A stretch of DNA of 64,000 bases from Candidatus Hydrogenedentota bacterium (GTDB taxonomy: Bacteria > Hydrogenedentota > Hydrogenedentia > Hydrogenedentales > SLHB01). Shown in pieces: positions 60,337 to 64,000 of the stretch; the first letter of the stretch is position 1; each line of letters starts with the position of its first letter. Location of the stretch: assembly GCA_963745075.1 (NCBI GenBank), contig CAVUWV010000017.1, positions 64,001 through 128,000 on the forward strand, written 5' to 3'. The translations under genes and the position numbers were made by a program. The notes below the pieces were generated by a model. The model saw only the letters and a list, made by a program, of their open reading frames with translations, had not been told where the DNA came from and made no database searches.

Positions 60337-60373
60337 AAAACAAACGGACTGCGGCTTCACACCGCAGTCCGTT
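60335..60373 (-). terminator. Intrinsic terminator of the small-peptide cluster
   Basis: 12-bp perfect stem AACGGACTGCGG/CCGCAGTCCGTT, followed by TGTTTTTT on the minus strand. Confidence 0.8.
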
Positions 60374-60427
60374 CGAATCACCATTCAAGCGCCGGTCGAA
60401 CCGGCGACTCTACTTTCGAATACCAGA

Positions 60428-60637
60428 TTACTGGCCGTCAATGACGCCGTTGCCGTTCCGGTCACCCAGCAGCCCTTCGGGCAGCAGGGTCCCGCCGAAC
60501 AGCCAGCCCCACCACTTCTCCATGGTCAGGCCGATGACGACGACGATATCCGTCAAGCTCATGATGTCAAAATAGTTTCTCGGCACCTGATAGGCGGTAG
60601 CCGGAAGCGCCTTCGAAACGCGACCGATGTGCTTCAT
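60428..60637 (-). CDS. MKH-leader small peptide 3 (69 aa)
   Basis: AAGGAGG RBS; MKHIGRVSKALPATA leader shared with the two neighbouring genes. Confidence 0.8.
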   Translation of the reverse strand: MKHIGRVSKALPATAYQVPRNYFDIMSLTDIVVVIGLTMEKWWGWLFGGTLLPEGLLGDRNGNGVIDGQ

Positions 60638-60761
60638 GTTCCTTAAACCTCCTTAAGGTTTGTATCCCGGTTGAAACGCATTTACGAACCCCGCCGCCCC
60701 GCGAATGCGGGACGAACTTCAACCCTGGGGTGCCCATGCCGGGCGCGAACCCGGTGGGCAG

Positions 60762-60920
60762 TTACACGTCTCGGGGATCCAAGGAGCCGTTGGTGAACCA
60801 AAGCTGATTGATGTAGTTGGTCTTGGCACCAGTACCCTTCAGCTCACCGCCCTTACCGAACCAGCCGAACCACCAAGCGGTCACCGGCGCATTCTTCGAT
60901 ATCTTGCGAACGTGTTTCAT
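60762..60920 (-). CDS. MKH-leader small peptide 2 (52 aa; not in the ORF track)
   Basis: Translated by hand: MKHVRKISKNAPVTAWWFGWFGKGGELKGTGAKTNYINQLWFTNGSLDPRDV. GAAAGGG RBS; alternative ATG at 60926. Confidence 0.8.
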   Translation of the reverse strand: MKHVRKISKNAPVTAWWFGWFGKGGELKGTGAKTNYINQLWFTNGSLDPRDV

Positions 60921-61097
60921 TGTCATTTACCCTTTCGCGAAACACTCCCATTGCACACAGGCATGGGTTGTTTTTTCCAATCCGTTGTCAATAGGAGCTT
61001 CGTTCGCGGAAGCCTTGGAATGGATAGATACCGGAGCTATCCCCTCCATCTCTCCTTCCGCTTTTACCCTCACGGGATTGTGTCATTGATTCGAATC

Positions 61098-61250
61098 CTA
61101 GCTCTGCAGCCAGTTATCGAATAACGCGACGAGCCAGTTCTGTTGCGCAGGACGCAACTTCAACGGCCCAAAAATGTTCTTCAATTCGACCCACGCGACC
61201 TGCTCGGCACGCACGGGCTTTTCGGTCGACAGCACCTTCACATGCTTCAT
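61098..61250 (-). CDS. MKH-leader small peptide 1 (50 aa)
   Basis: GGAGGTG RBS before an internal ATG of track ORF 61098..61322. Sequence: MKHVKVLSTEKPVRAEQVAWVELKNIFGPLKLRPAQQNWLVALFDNWLQS. Confidence 0.8.
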   Translation of the reverse strand: MKHVKVLSTEKPVRAEQVAWVELKNIFGPLKLRPAQQNWLVALFDNWLQS

Positions 61251-61414
61251 ATGGCGATTCACCTCCCTTCTCCTTCCGTCTTGTTGTTGGTTGGAAACCA
61301 TTTCCCAATCCGCTTGGTCCAAACAATTGACCTGTCTGTACCCCTTATTGTGAACGATTTGATCGCAATAAGCAACCCCTTGTGGGTGTCAACAACGGCG
61401 GGCACCGTATGTGC

Positions 61415-62986
61415 TTACTGCGCCCCGTTCAGCGAGATCCCCATCCCTCGCAAATAATCGAAGAGTGAGAGGTCCCCGGATTGCAGTATCCACCCGGAAA
61501 TCATGTTGAGGAAATCGGTTCCGCTCTGACTGGAGAAGAGCTGATCCAACTCTTGGAAGAACCCGCCCAACTGGTCGATGCTCGTGACCAGGTCCGCCGT
61601 TTGTGACGTTAACTGATCGATTCCCTCAGGAGATTCAATTGTTGTGTAAAGCTGTTCAAGCACATCAATTGCGGCCGCCTGCATATCCAGTCCGGCCAAT
61701 TGCTCCTGAGAAAGAGACGCCCCGGTCTCCACCTGCTGGCCCAACCGCTGTACGGCCTGCGCAATGTCTTGGGCGGTATTGTAATCCCCTACCGCCATAT
61801 AGTCTTGGCCGTATTCTAGCAGATTCTTCCCTAGATCGCAAAGGAAATTGTACTGATCCACTCCCGCTGTCAACGCGGATACGGCCTTGGCCTGATCGGC
61901 CGGAAGCCCGCTTGCCATAAGCGCTTCCGCCTTTGCCATCGCCGACTCCAGCGAATAGGCGCTGGCCGTGGGCAGCGTCTGCGCGATCCGCAACGCTTCC
62001 AGCGCCCCGGCGAGGTCGTTCTGTTCCAGCCGAAGCTTCGCTTCCAGGTAGTAGGGCAAGGCGTTATTGGGATCGAGCGTATGGAGCGTCGGCACTTGTT
62101 CGAGGGCTTGCGTCTCCGATTCCGGCGTCGCGGTCTCGTCCAACGCTTTTGCCAATTCAAGCTGAGCGGGCGCGTTGTCTGGCACCTGCCCCACCACCGT
62201 CAACAACACTTGAGCCGCTTCTTCGCCCGTAAGCGATTCCGCCGCCCCCAACTTCACCTGAGGCGACGAATCCGGACTTCGAGCCAAGTCGATTGCCTCC
62301 TCTTTCTTGAGGCTGGCCCATTGCATCAGGCGGCTTATTCCCCGGCTGTCATTCGACGCGTCGCGCCGTGCCGCCAGGATTTCGTCCATCGTCGGCGTGT
62401 CCAGCGCAGGGCTTTCCGTAGCTTCCATCTCGCCCGAAGGCTGTCCGGACCGCGTCTCGTCGGGGATTCGTTTGCGCTTCTCATCAAACTGCTTGAGCCG
62501 AGTCGCGATCGTGGTGTCCAGTTGAGGCGTTGGCTCGATGGCGCGTTCTATCGGAGTCTTCTCCGGCGTAACCAATTGATTGCCGCCGCCGGGCACGTTC
62601 GCCGGCGTTGGAACTTCTTTGAACAGCACGTACCCCAGCAAGGCGAGAATCGCGGCCGCCGCCGCCGCTACACCCAACCAGGTCCGGCCACGCTCCCGCC
62701 GGCGCGCGCGTTCGGCATCGATGGACACAATCTTCTCGGGACGATTGGCCTGAGCTACGGTGTCCATGACGGATTCGACCAAGTCGACCTGAGGTGTCTT
62801 GGAGGCAAAGGCGCGGCCCATGGCATCCAAGTCCGCGTAAGCGGACTGTAGCCACATGTGCTCCCGGCGATACGCGTCCGACGAAGCGATTTGCGCTTCC
62901 ACGCGCCGCGCCTCCTCGGGGCTCAACTCGCCCTCCAGGAGAGCCAGTAGCTCTTCCTGGATCTTTTCCAGTTCCCCAGTGTTCAC
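61415..62986 (-). CDS. Putative transmembrane anti-sigma factor with large helical extracytoplasmic domain
   Basis: N-terminal LLALLEGELSPEEARRVE (ASD-like), a single TM helix and TPR-like DPNNALPYYLEA; overlaps the ECF sigma stop. Confidence 0.75.
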   Translation of the reverse strand: MNTGELEKIQEELLALLEGELSPEEARRVEAQIASSDAYRREHMWLQSAYADLDAMGRAFASKTPQVDLVESVMDTVAQANRPEKIVSIDAERARRRERGRTWLGVAAAAAAILALLGYVLFKEVPTPANVPGGGNQLVTPEKTPIERAIEPTPQLDTTIATRLKQFDEKRKRIPDETRSGQPSGEMEATESPALDTPTMDEILAARRDASNDSRGISRLMQWASLKKEEAIDLARSPDSSPQVKLGAAESLTGEEAAQVLLTVVGQVPDNAPAQLELAKALDETATPESETQALEQVPTLHTLDPNNALPYYLEAKLRLEQNDLAGALEALRIAQTLPTASAYSLESAMAKAEALMASGLPADQAKAVSALTAGVDQYNFLCDLGKNLLEYGQDYMAVGDYNTAQDIAQAVQRLGQQVETGASLSQEQLAGLDMQAAAIDVLEQLYTTIESPEGIDQLTSQTADLVTSIDQLGGFFQELDQLFSSQSGTDFLNMISGWILQSGDLSLFDYLRGMGISLNGAQ

Positions 62987-63624
62987 AAATCGTCCTTTGC
63001 CGACTGATATACGTCCCGCAGCGACTTCAGGATGCGGTGCAGTCGGGTTCGCACCGCGCCCTCCGTGCTGCCGACGATTTCCGCAATATCGCGTGCCTGC
63101 ATCCGTTCAAAGAACCGCAAGGTCACGATTTCCCTGGACTCATGATCGAGCGAGGCCAGCGCTTCCGCCAACAACTCATAGCGCTCGGCCATCATGAGAA
63201 GCCCATCCGGCCCGTCTGCCGGCGACTGCAACACCTCGCCGGTCTCCTCCCGGGCGCTGCTCGCGTATTCCTCGAGGGATTCCATGGGTACCGCCTTCTT
63301 GCGCTTCAACTCGTTCAGACAAAGGTTGCGCGCGATGCACAGTACCCAGGGGCGAAACTTTCGACTCGCGTCGAACCGCGCCCGGGCCACATACACGCGG
63401 ATGAACGTTTCCTGGGCCATTTCCCGGGCCCGTTCCACGTCCCGCACGTAGTGGAGGCAGAATCTGAAAATGTCGTTCTGGTACCGGTGTACGAGCGTGC
63501 CCAGAGCGTCCGCCGTGCCCTCGCACAGGAGGACCATCAGCGCCTCATCGGTTTGAGTGCTCGCGCTCAACCGGTAATCCATTGCCGGTAACGAGTTACG
63601 AGGGCCTTGCGGTTTCGTTGCCAC
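62983..63624 (-). CDS. ECF-type RNA polymerase sigma factor
   Basis: Region 2 AREMAQETFIRVY...FRPWVLCIARNLC; region 4 DIAEIVGSTEGAVRTRLHR. Confidence 0.93.
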   Translation of the reverse strand: MATKPQGPRNSLPAMDYRLSASTQTDEALMVLLCEGTADALGTLVHRYQNDIFRFCLHYVRDVERAREMAQETFIRVYVARARFDASRKFRPWVLCIARNLCLNELKRKKAVPMESLEEYASSAREETGEVLQSPADGPDGLLMMAERYELLAEALASLDHESREIVTLRFFERMQARDIAEIVGSTEGAVRTRLHRILKSLRDVYQSAKDDL

Positions 63625-63775
63625 GTTCCGGTCCCATCATTACTACAGCCCATGCCATCAAACATCACAAGTGGTTGAGATCCCTGAGAATCGGCGATGC
63701 CGACCGTCCCTGCACCTCTCCAGTGTACGGCATTCCCGAGCACTTCGCCAACCTCCTCGGACACCGTGTCTCGCA

Positions 63776-64000
63776 TCATGGTGACTTCCGCCGCGGCGGT
63801 CTCGAGGCCGTAATCCGGTCTTCGACGGCTGCCGCCGCATCGAATACGTTATCGGTCGCCAGTTGGCGCAGGTTGAGTTGGTCCGGTTCGCGCGCCATCG
63901 CTACCATTCGGTCCGCCGCGGCCAGCAAAGCCCCGAGGGCATCGCCCGAGGCCGGGGACGCCTGAATGCGACGTCGCACTTCGCTCGCGCGCGGTCCGAA
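63776..64000 (-). CDS. 3' end of a hypothetical protein continuing beyond the window
   Basis: The frame is open from the window edge to a TGA at 63776, on the same strand as the ECF operon. Confidence 0.45.
   Translation of the reverse strand, partial: FGPRASEVRRRIQASPASGDALGALLAAADRMVAMAREPDQLNLRQLATDNVFDAAAAVEDRITASRPPRRKSP

Noticed and set aside
60927..61049. 40-codon minus-strand ORF MEGIAPVSIH...CFAKG between peptides 1 and 2
   Set aside because: It lacks the MKH leader, its RBS-like sequence is too close to the ATG, and nothing else supports it.
63567..63779. 70-aa minus-strand ORF before the ECF sigma gene
   Set aside because: It overlaps the probable sigma start out of frame and has no recognisable features. 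It is not excluded, but it is unsupported.
1..64000. CRISPR arrays, tRNA/rRNA genes, transposases, integrases, prophage or defence genes
   Set aside because: None recognised by eye; tRNAscan, Infernal and CRISPR finders were not run.

Overview
This is a gene-dense, GC-rich window from a diderm bacterium. Gene style suggests a poorly characterised lineage such as Hydrogenedentota or a PVC relative, but that is an inference I cannot verify. Recognisable content: rpoN; an MBL hydrolase and a PocR-AraC regulator; an RsbW/STAS/PP2C partner-switching module; a GNAT-TPR-lepB-rhomboid-J-domain run; MarR with a tripartite RND pump; a GH5-like hydrolase; hemL; a CsgG/HfaB-family protein; System II cytochrome c biogenesis genes; rfbB/rfbD; truA; a sulfatase-like protein; a LysM-M23 peptidase with a sigma54 promoter; a classical menaquinone operon (menG-F-D-H-B-A-C-E); two sugar isomerases; a UvrD/PcrA helicase; and an ECF sigma/anti-sigma pair. 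Three genes carry +1 frameshifts that look like read errors. Two unannotated systems stand out. (1) The rfbD-truA intergenic region (37.2-37.85 kb) holds two homologous non-coding units. Each has a sigma28 consensus or near-consensus promoter, covarying ACGGA-loop (CsrA/RsmA-type) hairpins, C-rich CA(A)UCCC-loop hairpins and an intrinsic terminator. (2) Downstream of the ECF/anti-sigma pair lie three tandem Trp-rich 50-69 aa peptide genes (60.4-61.25 kb) that share an ungapped 15-residue leader MKH[VI]xx[LIV]SxxxP[VA]xA; one of them is absent from the ORF track.
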